This document shows positions 23,314-31,811 of a stretch of DNA of 37,157 nucleotides, piece by piece. A program made the position numbers and the translations under genes. Position 1 is the first letter of the stretch. Each line of letters opens with the position of its first letter. Under the pieces are notes generated by a model, which saw nothing but the letters and a program-made list of their open reading frames with translations, was not told the DNA's origin and did no database searches. This stretch comes from a virus: positions 1-37,157 of IMG/VR virus record IMGVR_UViG_3300049003_000038. The stretch is one strand, 5' to 3'.

Positions 23314-23678
23314 GCGCGTGCCTGCCCGAGCCCGGCCTGCCGCAGGATCCGGCGCGCCCGCGGGGCGACGGTGGCGGGGAGGGCGGACACGGTGAGGCCG
23401 CCGGTGCCCATGGTGGTAGTGCGCGGGTAGCCGGCGATGTCGTTCTCCTCGCCGACCTCGCACCACTGCTCGACCTGCGCGCAGCAGGCGTCCCGCAGCG
23501 CCTGCTTGTCCCGGTCGTCGACGGGGTTGCCGTCGGGGTCGATGTAGTAGCCGGTGGCGGCGGCCTCCTGGATGACCTCGGTGGCGCGCATCAGGATGCG
23601 GGTCGTGTCGCCGAGCTCGGCGAGGACGTCGGCGGGTAGCCAGGCGGTGAGGTCGTCGGCGGTGGCGAACGCGTCCAC
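23307..23678 (-). CDS. Head-tail connector (gp6-like) protein, 123 aa.
   Basis: (V)DAFATADDLTAWLPADVLAELGD... is a typical connector N-terminus. GTG at 23676-23678 with AGGGGTAGG upstream. Confidence 0.65.
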   Translation of the reverse strand: MDAFATADDLTAWLPADVLAELGDTTRILMRATEVIQEAAATGYYIDPDGNPVDDRDKQALRDACCAQVEQWCEVGEENDIAGYPRTTTMGTGGLTVSALPATVAPRARRILRQAGLGQARAW

Positions 23679-23682
23679 CGGC

Positions 23683-23982
23683 CTACCCCTGGGGCTCGCG
23701 GCGCCGACGCGGCGTGGGCGCCTCGTCGCGGACCGCGGCCCGGACGGCGTCCGCGTCGAACGTGCCACCCGAATCCGACCGGTCGACCACCAGCTGGATG
23801 CCCGACGCGATGGACTGCTTGGCCTGGTCCTCGTCGATCTCGGTCCAGCCCTGGTCGGCGAGCGCGCGCCGCATGTCGGGGCCGTCGGCGTGCATGACGG
23901 TGCCTGAGGAGGACCGGTACCAGCCGGTGCGCGGCGACCCCTGCGAGGGGGCCGCCGCGTCCTGGGTGTCGTGGTCGTCCAT
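23683..23982 (-). CDS. Hypothetical protein, 99 aa.
   Basis: Track ORF. The ATG overlaps the upstream stop by 1 nt (TGATG). Confidence 0.65.
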   Translation of the reverse strand: MDDHDTQDAAAPSQGSPRTGWYRSSSGTVMHADGPDMRRALADQGWTEIDEDQAKQSIASGIQLVVDRSDSGGTFDADAVRAAVRDEAPTPRRRREPQG

Positions 23983-24416
23983 CAGGCGTCGGCGGCCTTC
24001 TTGGCGTCGGCGCGGGTGGCCGGCTCGAAGTCGGGATCGGACAGCACCCGGGCGTGCTCCGGGGTGCCCTCGTTGACCGCGTCAACCCACCCGTCGGAGA
24101 TGCGCTTGAAGAAGTACAGCTTGTCCCGGTTCTCCACCCGCGGGAACTGGACCGCGGAGGTGGAGGTGGCCGGGTCGGCGGTGTGCCCGCCCTCGATCAG
24201 GGCAGCGGCCGCGCGGTCGTCGTCGGCCTGGTGGTCGGCGACGATCTCCGGCTCCGTCCGCACCCCAGGGGCTTCGGCGGAACGCTGCTCGGCGGCGTCG
24301 GCCGGCTCCTCCGGGATGTGCGCCTCCGCGCGGTCGGTGGAGTCGACGGTGAGCTTCGCCTGCAGCTCCGGGTTCGGCTCGGTCTGGATGTCCTGCGCCG
24401 ACTTCTTCGCGGTCAT
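23982..24416 (-). CDS. Hypothetical acidic protein, 144 aa, downstream of the capsid gene.
   Basis: ATG at 24414-24416 with GGAAGG 8 nt upstream. MTAKKSAQDIQTEPNPELQAKL... Confidence 0.7.
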   Translation of the reverse strand: MTAKKSAQDIQTEPNPELQAKLTVDSTDRAEAHIPEEPADAAEQRSAEAPGVRTEPEIVADHQADDDRAAAALIEGGHTADPATSTSAVQFPRVENRDKLYFFKRISDGWVDAVNEGTPEHARVLSDPDFEPATRADAKKAADA

Positions 24417-24464
24417 GGTGTGCGCCTTCCGGTCGATCGGGGGTGAGGATGTCACTGCTGGGGT

Positions 24465-24504
24465 GTCCCGGGGGCCGGGGAGCCCTCCACTCGGCCCCCG
24501 GGAC
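24465..24504 (-). terminator. Perfect 13-bp GC hairpin 4 nt downstream of the major capsid gene stop.
   Basis: Arms gtcccgggggccg and cggcccccgggac with a 14-nt loop. Confidence 0.55.
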
Positions 24505-24507
24505 GGA

Positions 24508-25374
24508 TCAGATACCGGCCGGGCGCTTCAGGTGCAGCACGGCGAGCGCCTCCGGGCGGACGACCTTCCCGCCGTACACGTGCAGCCCCTTCAGGGCGTC
24601 ACCGAAGCGCTTCTCCGGCCGGTACGCCTCGGTCTCCACGATCTGCTCCGCGAAGGACCGGGCCTGCGGCGTGGAGGCCTGGATCTTGAAGGAGACCCCG
24701 GCGGTGGCGTCAGTGGCGGTGGGCACGTTGTTGCTCATCACGATGTCGAACCCGGCCGCGCTGCCCTGGAAGCCGTTGCGCAGGATCGCGTCCGAGGACA
24801 CACCGGCGCCGACGAACCGGTTGTCCTTCGACAGCAGGCCCAGGTACCACGGCGGGACGACGACCTGCCGGTTGCCGCGGGACACCGACTGCTCGTCGAG
24901 GGCCACCGACAGCTGCACCAGGTAGTCGTAGGCATCCGACGCGGACGCCACGGTCGACGGCGCGACGGTGGAGCCGACGTTCGTCGCGGCCGCCGTGTAC
25001 AGGCCGGCCACGAACTTGTCCGTCGCCTCCGCGAGGGCGTAGGCCGCTTCCTTCGTGGCCTCCGTCATCACCTTCGGCTGCGTCTGCGCCTTGTCGATGT
25101 CGTCGATGCCGAAGTTGAAGCCCTTGGCCTGGTCGATGATCAGGGTGCGCTGGTTGTCGGTCAGCACCTCCGGCGCCGGCATGTCGGTGTTCTTGACGTA
25201 GTCGAAGACGGTGACGCGGCCGATCTGGTTGATGTTCACCCGGTCGCCGGCGCCCTTGATGTCGCCCTCGTAGTCGCGGTTCACGAGGCCGGGCTGCGCG
25301 TAGACGTGCGCCTTGTTCAGGTTGGACAGGAGGTTTCCCGACCAGACGGCGGGGATGAAGTTGTTGAGGCTCAC
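24508..25374 (-). CDS. Major capsid protein, 288 aa; the N-terminus resembles the P22-coat-like family.
   Basis: (V)SLNNFIPAVWSGNLLSNLNKAHVYAQPGLVNRDYEGDIKGAGDRVNI... It lies after the scaffold gene and is flanked by a long leader and a strong hairpin. Confidence 0.88.
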   Translation of the reverse strand: MSLNNFIPAVWSGNLLSNLNKAHVYAQPGLVNRDYEGDIKGAGDRVNINQIGRVTVFDYVKNTDMPAPEVLTDNQRTLIIDQAKGFNFGIDDIDKAQTQPKVMTEATKEAAYALAEATDKFVAGLYTAAATNVGSTVAPSTVASASDAYDYLVQLSVALDEQSVSRGNRQVVVPPWYLGLLSKDNRFVGAGVSSDAILRNGFQGSAAGFDIVMSNNVPTATDATAGVSFKIQASTPQARSFAEQIVETEAYRPEKRFGDALKGLHVYGGKVVRPEALAVLHLKRPAGI

Positions 25375-25527
25375 GGTGGGCCCTCTCGGGGTTGCTGCGG
25401 ACGGGTGTCGTGCGTGTCCGTGGTGTCGCCCGTCGGCGCCCGCCCGGGTGTGCGGGTCGTTCCCCTGGCCGTGAGGCCCGCCCCCTGAAGGGGCTGCCGC
25501 CAGGATCAGGCGGCGCGTGTCAGCGGT

Positions 25528-25971
25528 TCAGCCGCACGCCGCGTCGGCTTCGGCCCGCCACTCGGCGGCCATCTCGATCAGTGCCTGCGCGCAGCCCTCC
25601 GCGAAGTCGGCGGCGTCCAGCCCGTCCGGCACCCCACCGAGGAACGCCCGGAACCCCGGCTTGCTGTCGGAGAAGTCCACCTCGAGGCGCACGTTCGGGG
25701 TGGCGGGTCCGGACGGCGGGAGGACGTCGACGGAGAACGGCATGATCTGCTGCCCGTAGAACGACACCCACACGGTGCCGCCGGCGGTGAGCGCGTCGAG
25801 GTCGCCGTCCTCCGGGACGCAGCGGGCCGAGACGCGGGGGCCGATTGCCGACTGGTCGACGAGGACTTCGACGGCGGCGATCTGCGAGTCCAGGTCGTTG
25901 CCGGGTGGGCCGATGACGATCCGCTTCGCGCCGTCCCAGATTTCGCCGTCGGGGATCGGGGCCGGGCGCAT
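25528..25971 (-). CDS. Hypothetical protein, 147 aa.
   Basis: The ATG at 25969-25971 overlaps the upstream stop (TGATG). MRPAPIPDGEIWDGAKRIVIGPPGND... Confidence 0.7.
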   Translation of the reverse strand: MRPAPIPDGEIWDGAKRIVIGPPGNDLDSQIAAVEVLVDQSAIGPRVSARCVPEDGDLDALTAGGTVWVSFYGQQIMPFSVDVLPPSGPATPNVRLEVDFSDSKPGFRAFLGGVPDGLDAADFAEGCAQALIEMAAEWRAEADAACG

Positions 25972-26336
25972 CAGTCGTCGGCTTCGACGTCGCGGACCAG
26001 CTGCTCGATGGAGCCGTACTCGCGGACGCCGGTGCCCCGGTCCACGTCGCCGGAGTACGGACCGGTGACCTGCTCGTAGGTGGCGGCGAAGATGTCCGGC
26101 TTGCACGGGTAGAACTCGCCCTGGACGCCCTTGATGACGTAGTCGCCACGATCGGCGCGCATGACGCCTTCCAGCGTTGGGATGTCGATCCAGTACGCCA
26201 CGTCACTGGGGTCGCTCGGCTTGGCCTCGGAGCGGTACCGCCCGCCACACCAGCGGGCGATCTCGGTGCCGTTGTCGCCGATGAACCTCTCGGCCTCGAT
26301 GACGACCGGCTTCTTCCGCCAGCGCTGGGCGGTCAT
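25971..26336 (-). CDS. Small conserved phage protein, 121 aa; resembles the N4 gp49 / Sf6 gp66-type family from memory.
   Basis: KKPVVIEAERF...IPTLEGVMRADRGDYVIKGVQGEFYPCKPDIFAATYE. The ATG overlaps the upstream stop (ATGA). Confidence 0.75.
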   Translation of the reverse strand: MTAQRWRKKPVVIEAERFIGDNGTEIARWCGGRYRSEAKPSDPSDVAYWIDIPTLEGVMRADRGDYVIKGVQGEFYPCKPDIFAATYEQVTGPYSGDVDRGTGVREYGSIEQLVRDVEADD

Positions 26337-27052
26337 CCCGTCACGCGCCCGTCGGCGATGGCGGCGTTGATCTCGTCGATCCGCTTCGCCATCTCCTCCG
26401 GCGGCATGTCCTCCAGCTGCTTGCGGGTGAACGTCGGCTTGTCGCCGCCGCCGCCGCCGTTCAGCTCACCGCCGGACTGGGTGGGGCCGCCCGGCTTCGC
26501 CTTCCACTCCGGGTAGTCGGCCAGCGTCTTCTCGACCAGGGTCTTCACCTTGGCCTCGTCCACGTTGCCGTCGGCGTCCACGGCCTCCGCGAGGTCGGTG
26601 TTCTTCACGATCACGCCGAGCCGGTCGGGGTTCGCCCCCGCGGCGATCGCGGCCACCTTCGCCTCGGTCTTCGCGACCCGCTCGGCGGCCTTCTGGGTGG
26701 CCTCCTGCGCCCGCTGGGTGGCCTGGTCGCGTTCGATGGTGAGCTTCTCGGTCTCGTTCTTCCCCGCGAGCGCCTGGGCGTCGGCGAGGGCCTTCTCGTG
26801 CTTGGTCTTCTCGGCGGCGACCCGCTCACCGATGATGCGGTCGAGGTCGGCCTGGGAGAACTTCGGGCCGTCGTCCTTCGGCGGCTGGTCGGCCGGGGGA
26901 GTGTCGGCGGGCGGGGTGTCCGCGGGCGGCTGCTCGACCGGCGGCGCGGTCATCGTGGCGTCGCCGTGGCGGGCGCGGCGGGCGGCGATGAACTCGGCGG
27001 CCATGGCCTGCGCCTGGGCTGCGGTGAGGATCGTGCGGGGACGTGCGCGCAT
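26333..27052 (-). CDS. Scaffolding protein, 239 aa.
   Basis: Ala/Glu/Lys-rich coiled coil (AEKTKHEKALADAQALAGKNETEKLTIERDQATQRAQEATQKAAERVAKTEAKV). It lies upstream of the capsid gene. GGGAG sits 5 nt before the ATG at 27052. Confidence 0.8.
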   Translation of the reverse strand: MRARPRTILTAAQAQAMAAEFIAARRARHGDATMTAPPVEQPPADTPPADTPPADQPPKDDGPKFSQADLDRIIGERVAAEKTKHEKALADAQALAGKNETEKLTIERDQATQRAQEATQKAAERVAKTEAKVAAIAAGANPDRLGVIVKNTDLAEAVDADGNVDEAKVKTLVEKTLADYPEWKAKPGGPTQSGGELNGGGGGDKPTFTRKQLEDMPPEEMAKRIDEINAAIADGRVTG

Positions 27053-27105
27053 GGGGGCTCCCTGGGCTCCTGAGGGGTGGTTCGACCACCGTCACCCGGG
27101 TGGTG

Positions 27106-27306
27106 TCAGCCGAGGGTGAAGCGCCCTCGCTCCGTCGCGGTCACCCTGACGAGCACGACGTCCGCGCCGCCTACGTCGGTCACGACGTCGAGCAGCTCGC
27201 CGGGCTCGACGTCGAACGCCTCACCGGCGCGGACCCTGCGGCGTGGCTCGGGGGCCGTCGGGGCCAGGGCCGCGCGAGCACGGCGGAGTTGCTGCCGATA
27301 CGTCAT
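27106..27306 (-). CDS. Hypothetical protein, 66 aa.
   Basis: MTYRQQLRRARAAL... The ATG at 27304-27306 is preceded by GGTGGGGGG. Confidence 0.55.
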   Translation of the reverse strand: MTYRQQLRRARAALAPTAPEPRRRVRAGEAFDVEPGELLDVVTDVGGADVVLVRVTATERGRFTLG

Positions 27307-27336
27307 GCCCCCCACCGTCGCCCGGCCGGTGACAGG

Positions 27337-28422
27337 TCAGCGGGAGACGAGGGAGGTGCGCCGCCGGGACACGTCCGCCTTCCGGCCGGTGTCGTCGAGG
27401 AACATGCGCAGCTTCAACTGCCGCACCCGGACCAGTGCCTGCGCGGCCCGGAGCTCGGCGGTGTCCCCGAACGGCTCCGCGGCCGCCACCTTCCGTTTCG
27501 CGTCCCGCACCTGCCGCTCGTGGTAGCGCTGCTGCTGCCGCTCCTGGTCGCCCTCCGGGTCCGCGGTCGGCTTCGTCGGGGGCCGGGTGAGGCCGGGGAT
27601 GAACGCGGAGATCGTGTGCCGGCAGTTGGGGTGCATGAACCCGGCCGAGCGGGCGTACGCCAGCGTCCCGCCGTACCGGTGGCCCTCGACCTCCCCGTCG
27701 GTCGGTTCCCGGCCCGTCAGGGACAGCACGGTGCCCTCGAAGGGGCGGCACAACTTGCATTCCTCCGGGGCGTCGGAGACGACGACCAGGTAGCGGCCCT
27801 GCTGCGTGTACCGGTCGATCCCGCCCTGCACGTGCGCCTGACCGGCCGTCGTCCGGGTGGCCATCTCCGCGTAGGACGACAGCTCCCAGGAGCGGCCGCG
27901 GGCGTCGGTGTAGCCGGTGATCCCCGCACCGGCGAGCCGCGACACAGCGCGCGCGGCCGCCTCGCGGCGGGCCTGCACGCCGGTGATCACCTGGCCGGTG
28001 ACGTCGCCGATCACCCGCCGGTACACGTCCTCCGCCGCGCGCAGGATCCGGGTGTGTGTCGACTGCAGGGTGCCGGCGAGCTCGGCGGCGTAGGCCTGCA
28101 CCGCGCCCCGGTTCGCGGCGACGATCCCGGCCCGTGCCTCGGTCACCCCGGGGCCGCCGGCCTGCAGCACACCGGCGGCGTAGGCCTCGGCGAGCAGCTC
28201 GTACAGGGAGGTGTCGGTCTGGTCGGCGAGGGTGGCGACGAACCGTTGCGCGTCCCGGCGCAGGCGGAGGATGTCGGACAGCTTGGTCTCCGCCCAGCCG
28301 CGCTGGTCGATGCCGGTGGCGAGGCGCTGGGAGACGAGGCCGAGCAGGTGTGCGGCGGCGTCGCCGTACAGGTCGGCCAACACCTTGGCGAAGCGGGCGC
28401 CGCCGTCGGGGGAGACGGGCAC
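27337..28422 (-). CDS. Head morphogenesis / minor capsid protein, 361 aa (Mu F / SPP1 gp7-like).
   Basis: It lies directly after the portal gene. YLVVVSDAPEECKLCRPFEGTVLSL and MHPNCRH are motifs typical of the family. Confidence 0.82.
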   Translation of the reverse strand: MPVSPDGGARFAKVLADLYGDAAAHLLGLVSQRLATGIDQRGWAETKLSDILRLRRDAQRFVATLADQTDTSLYELLAEAYAAGVLQAGGPGVTEARAGIVAANRGAVQAYAAELAGTLQSTHTRILRAAEDVYRRVIGDVTGQVITGVQARREAAARAVSRLAGAGITGYTDARGRSWELSSYAEMATRTTAGQAHVQGGIDRYTQQGRYLVVVSDAPEECKLCRPFEGTVLSLTGREPTDGEVEGHRYGGTLAYARSAGFMHPNCRHTISAFIPGLTRPPTKPTADPEGDQERQQQRYHERQVRDAKRKVAAAEPFGDTAELRAAQALVRVRQLKLRMFLDDTGRKADVSRRRTSLVSR

Positions 28423-28425
28423 CGG

Positions 28426-28527
28426 TCAGCGCAGCGGGGTGCGGCAGCGCCAGCAGTACAGGTCGGCGCGGATCCACCTACGGTGCAGGCCGATCCGGCA
28501 CAGCCACCGCCCGATCGCGGCGATCAC
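28426..28527 (-). CDS. Possible micro-protein, 33 aa, basic and Trp/Cys-rich; not in the ORF track.
   Basis: VIAAIGRWLCRIGLHRRWIRADLYCWRCRTPLR, translated by hand. The GTG at 28525-28527 overlaps the portal stop (GTGA), and its own stop lies 3 nt before the MuF-like gene's GTG. Confidence 0.4.
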   Translation of the reverse strand: MIAAIGRWLCRIGLHRRWIRADLYCWRCRTPLR

Positions 28528-30161
28528 GGCAGCATCAGCCCCGGCGCCGGATCGGGCAGGCCCATCCCGGCCTCGTTCTTGATCCGGGCCACCTCCTGCG
28601 CCACCTGGTCCTCATCCAGGCCGGGCTGCGCCAGCCGCACCCTCGTCTCGATCGACGCGGCCTGCGCCGTGGCCAACGTGTTCACCCAGGCGGCGGTGCC
28701 GGTCGGGTCGTCGGCAAGCTCCTGCCAGCCCACCGCGGGCCGGGCCACCGGCGTCGGCCGGCCGAAGATGTCGGGGTGGGCGTCGAGTGCCAGCAGCGTC
28801 TGCGCGATGTCGGACAGGTTCGGTGTCCAGTACCGCTGCTTGCGGCCCTGGGTGCGCCACGTCTTCCCTTCCCGGATCCGCAGCGCGGTCCCGGATTCGG
28901 CGCGGCCCTCGATGTGCAGGCCGAACGTCTGCGGCGAGTAGCCGGCCGTGGAGATGATCTGCTCGGTCAAGGCGACCACGGTCTGTTCGTGCTCGGCGAC
29001 CCGGATCGCGAACTGCACAGCCTTGATCGGGTCCGACAGCTTCTCCAGGTCGGCGATGTTCAGGCCGGTCATCAGCTCGGTGTCCAGGTCGAACCCGTAC
29101 GCGGACCCGGGCCCGCCGGAGCGCGTGTAGCCGCCGAAGGTGCGCTCGGAGCCGTGGCGGGCGCCGATGGGCTGCAGGAACTCGTCGGGCACCAGCAGCC
29201 GGGCCTTACCGAGGCGCAGGTCCCGCATCCACGACGACCACGCCTCGTCCAGGGCATCGAGGAAGCCCTCGGACCCGGCGTAGTCGGAGCGGCCGATCGG
29301 GTAGCGGCGGCGCTTCCGGTTCGGCAGCACGTTCGGGACGAAGCGGGGCATGATGCCGGGCTGGCCTCCGGTCACCTCCACCGGCACCGGGATCTCGGGC
29401 ATGAACCCGGCCGTGGACGGGTGGTCGGTGAGCGCCACCTGCCGGCCGAGGGTGTCCTTCGTCCCGGCGTACAGGCCGTGCAGGATCACCCCGGGCTCGT
29501 GCCGCTCGAGGTGCCGCCACACGGTGTCCCCGTCGGCGTGGACCTCGTCGACGAAGGTGACCGCCGAGAGTTCCCCGTAGCGGAAGTCGGGGATGGCCCG
29601 GTCGACGTCGACGACGGTGAGCAGCGGGTGGTCGGCGTAGGACTTGTCCCACATGGGCCGCAGGTACACCCCACCGGTGGCCGCGCAGATCTCCGCCGCC
29701 TCGAGGAGGCGGTTGTGCAGGCCCAGCTGGTCGACGAGTTCCTCGAGGCGGTCCTGCGCCTGCACGGTCTGGCTGGCGTCCAGCGTCGACGCCTGGTCCC
29801 AGACGACGGGGGTCGCCCCTTCGGCCGGGCCGCCGGCGGACTGGCGTTGCACCGCCCGGGCGAGGCCGACGTCGGGGATCAGCAGGTCCGGGGGCTCACC
29901 GAACAGCAGGTCAGCGGACGTTGAGGCGATGTCGGCGGCCAGGCCGGCGTGCAGGTTCGGGGCGGCCTGGGTGATGTCCTGCCCGGGTTTGCGCCGGGAC
30001 CACCAGGTGCGGCGCCCGGACACCCCGCCGCCGTGCGACGTCTCGCGCAGCTGGTCGTGGTCACCGGACCACCAGGCGCGCTGCGCGGCGGCGTCCCGCA
30101 TGTAGCCGGCCATGTCGGGTGGCGGCCACGGGGTGGTGAGGGTCGACACGGGCAGCGGCAC
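28524..30161 (-). CDS. Portal protein, 545 aa (SPP1 gp6-like size and position). An alternative ATG start lies at 30113.
   Basis: Track ORF, followed by the MuF-like gene. No convincing Shine-Dalgarno is visible, so the start is uncertain. Confidence 0.85.
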   Translation of the reverse strand: MPLPVSTLTTPWPPPDMAGYMRDAAAQRAWWSGDHDQLRETSHGGGVSGRRTWWSRRKPGQDITQAAPNLHAGLAADIASTSADLLFGEPPDLLIPDVGLARAVQRQSAGGPAEGATPVVWDQASTLDASQTVQAQDRLEELVDQLGLHNRLLEAAEICAATGGVYLRPMWDKSYADHPLLTVVDVDRAIPDFRYGELSAVTFVDEVHADGDTVWRHLERHEPGVILHGLYAGTKDTLGRQVALTDHPSTAGFMPEIPVPVEVTGGQPGIMPRFVPNVLPNRKRRRYPIGRSDYAGSEGFLDALDEAWSSWMRDLRLGKARLLVPDEFLQPIGARHGSERTFGGYTRSGGPGSAYGFDLDTELMTGLNIADLEKLSDPIKAVQFAIRVAEHEQTVVALTEQIISTAGYSPQTFGLHIEGRAESGTALRIREGKTWRTQGRKQRYWTPNLSDIAQTLLALDAHPDIFGRPTPVARPAVGWQELADDPTGTAAWVNTLATAQAASIETRVRLAQPGLDEDQVAQEVARIKNEAGMGLPDPAPGLMLP

Positions 30162-30197
30162 CCAGTCAGCGTCCGGCGGGGGGTGTCAGCGCGGGCA

Positions 30198-30230
30198 GTG
30201 TCCCTGCCCGAAGGTAGCGGGCAGGGACAC
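30198..30230 (-). terminator. Perfect 13-bp hairpin between gene 30373..30756 and the portal start.
   Basis: Arms gtgtccctgcccg and cgggcagggacac with loop aaggtag. Confidence 0.5.
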
Positions 30231-30372
30231 CGGTCGGTGGCGCTGCGGCCGGCGGCTACCGGACCGATGGTCGGGGTGACGTAGCCGCGGGGCGGGTGAC
30301 CTCGCCGACGAACGTGACGATGCCAGGACGAGGCCGTTCCCGCCGGCGTTGTCCACAGGCCCCCGGGTGCCC

Positions 30373-30756
30373 TCAGTGGGCGCTGGCCGTGGACTCCTCG
30401 AGGAGCTCACCGATCGCGACGTGAAGCTGCTGCAGCCGGTCCAGGTCGCCGCGGTTGCGGGTCCAGTCGCGGTACAGCAGGTCGATCTGCCGGGCGCGGC
30501 GGTGCGCCTCGCCTTCCAGGCGCGGCCCGTTGTCGACGAGCTCGGCGTAGCCGCCGCCGTCCCGGACACCATCGCGGAGACGGAAGAGCTCGACGAAGGA
30601 GCCGACCCGGACGACCACGTGGCGGTCGGTGAGGCGAGCCACGGTTCCCGTGGTGTGCCGGCGGCGTCCGAACTCGGCGCCCGACTCGACGGTCACGACG
30701 TCGCCGGGGGCCAGCGCGGCCAGTTGCTCGGCGGTGAGTCGGTTCTCGGCGGACAC
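30373..30756 (-). CDS. Hypothetical soluble protein, 127 aa, in the terL-portal insertion.
   Basis: GTG at 30754-30756 with GAGGGAGGG 6 nt upstream. VSAENRLTAEQLAALAPGDVVTVESGAEFGRRRHTTGTVARL... Confidence 0.65.
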   Translation of the reverse strand: MSAENRLTAEQLAALAPGDVVTVESGAEFGRRRHTTGTVARLTDRHVVVRVGSFVELFRLRDGVRDGGGYAELVDNGPRLEGEAHRRARQIDLLYRDWTRNRGDLDRLQQLHVAIGELLEESTASAH

Positions 30757-30851
30757 GGGCTTCCCTCCCTCGGCGGTGTTGCCCGGGGGGAAGCCGTGGC
30801 GCTGGCGAAGATACGCCGGAACGCTGAAGCTGGGATGAGAGGCTTGCCCGC

Positions 30852-31226
30852 ATGAGCGCTGCACAGCTGGTCGTCGGCCTGGTGGATGCGCTGTCCTGGC
30901 CGATCACCGTCGCCGCGCTCGCCGTCGTCTTCAAGCGCCAGCTGGCCAGTCTCCTGGATCGCGTGAAGAGCGCGAAGGGCGCTGGGGTGGCGCTCGAGTT
31001 CCGGGAGGTCGTTCAGGAGCTGAAGTTGACTGCGGCCGAGGTGCAGGTCAGCGCCTCCCGGGCGGAGGTGGCATCTGTGCGCGCAGAACGGGCAGCCGAG
31101 TCGGTGCAGGCGTCCGCCCTGGGAGAGATCACCCTCGGCGGCGCTCCGACTCCTACTGCGGCGGCGTCGTCGGCGACCGGCTCCATCACCCTCGGTGGCG
31201 CCCCGGAGCAGGGACGAACCACCTAG
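30852..31226 (+). CDS. Membrane-anchored protein, 124 aa, with an N-terminal TM helix, a helical region and a duplicated ITLGGAP motif.
   Basis: QLVVGLVDALSWPITVAALAVVF KRQLASLLDRVKSAKGAGVALEF... GC3 is high in this frame. It is antisense to the late operon. Confidence 0.65.
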   Translation: MSAAQLVVGLVDALSWPITVAALAVVFKRQLASLLDRVKSAKGAGVALEFREVVQELKLTAAEVQVSASRAEVASVRAERAAESVQASALGEITLGGAPTPTAAASSATGSITLGGAPEQGRTT

Positions 31227-31295
31227 ACCCCGTTCGCATACTGCTGTGCAACCCAGCGCAGCCACACTGTCGGCTCGTCGTGGCAGGCTCCCTAC

Positions 31296-31811
31296 GTGCG
31301 CTGGTGGGGGTATCTCGGGGTGGCACTCCAGCTCGTTGGCACTGTGATGGCGGGGCGGGCGCTCTACCAGGACTGGCGGGAACACAGCGGGGGTCGCCCG
31401 CTCATCCCGCCGGTGTACCCGCAGATGGCGTCGTGGGCGCGGCAGACGTTCCGTCGCACTGCGGGTGCTTCGGCGGTTGGAACGATCTCCCTGGCGGACA
31501 CCGCCGCGGTGGCTGACGCGCTGACGGTCGAGAAGACCATCTCGGAGGAGGACGCCTCCACCGAGGCGGTGATGCGGGTCTTCGGTAAGCGGCTGTCGTT
31601 CCTTCAGGCGGACATGGACGAGGTGCGCACCGAGCTCGACAAGGTGCGGGACGAGTTCATGCGCCAGATCGGAGAAGTCGCTTCCGACTTGACCGGGACC
31701 GCCATGGAACTGAGGTCGACGGTGTCCAAGGTGGCGACCGGCAGCGTGAGATGGGAGCTCTCAGGGTTGGTGCTCGTCGGCATTGGCTCGGTGCTCAGCG
31801 CCTTCGCCTGA
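31296..31811 (+). CDS. Membrane protein, 171 aa, with TM helices at both ends and a central coiled coil.
   Basis: WWGYLGVALQLVGTVMAG ... LSFLQADMDEVRTELDKVRDEFMRQIGEV ... LSGLVLVGIGSVLSAFA. Its stop TGA abuts the terL stop (tga|tca at 31809-31814). Confidence 0.65.
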   Translation: MRWWGYLGVALQLVGTVMAGRALYQDWREHSGGRPLIPPVYPQMASWARQTFRRTAGASAVGTISLADTAAVADALTVEKTISEEDASTEAVMRVFGKRLSFLQADMDEVRTELDKVRDEFMRQIGEVASDLTGTAMELRSTVSKVATGSVRWELSGLVLVGIGSVLSAFA

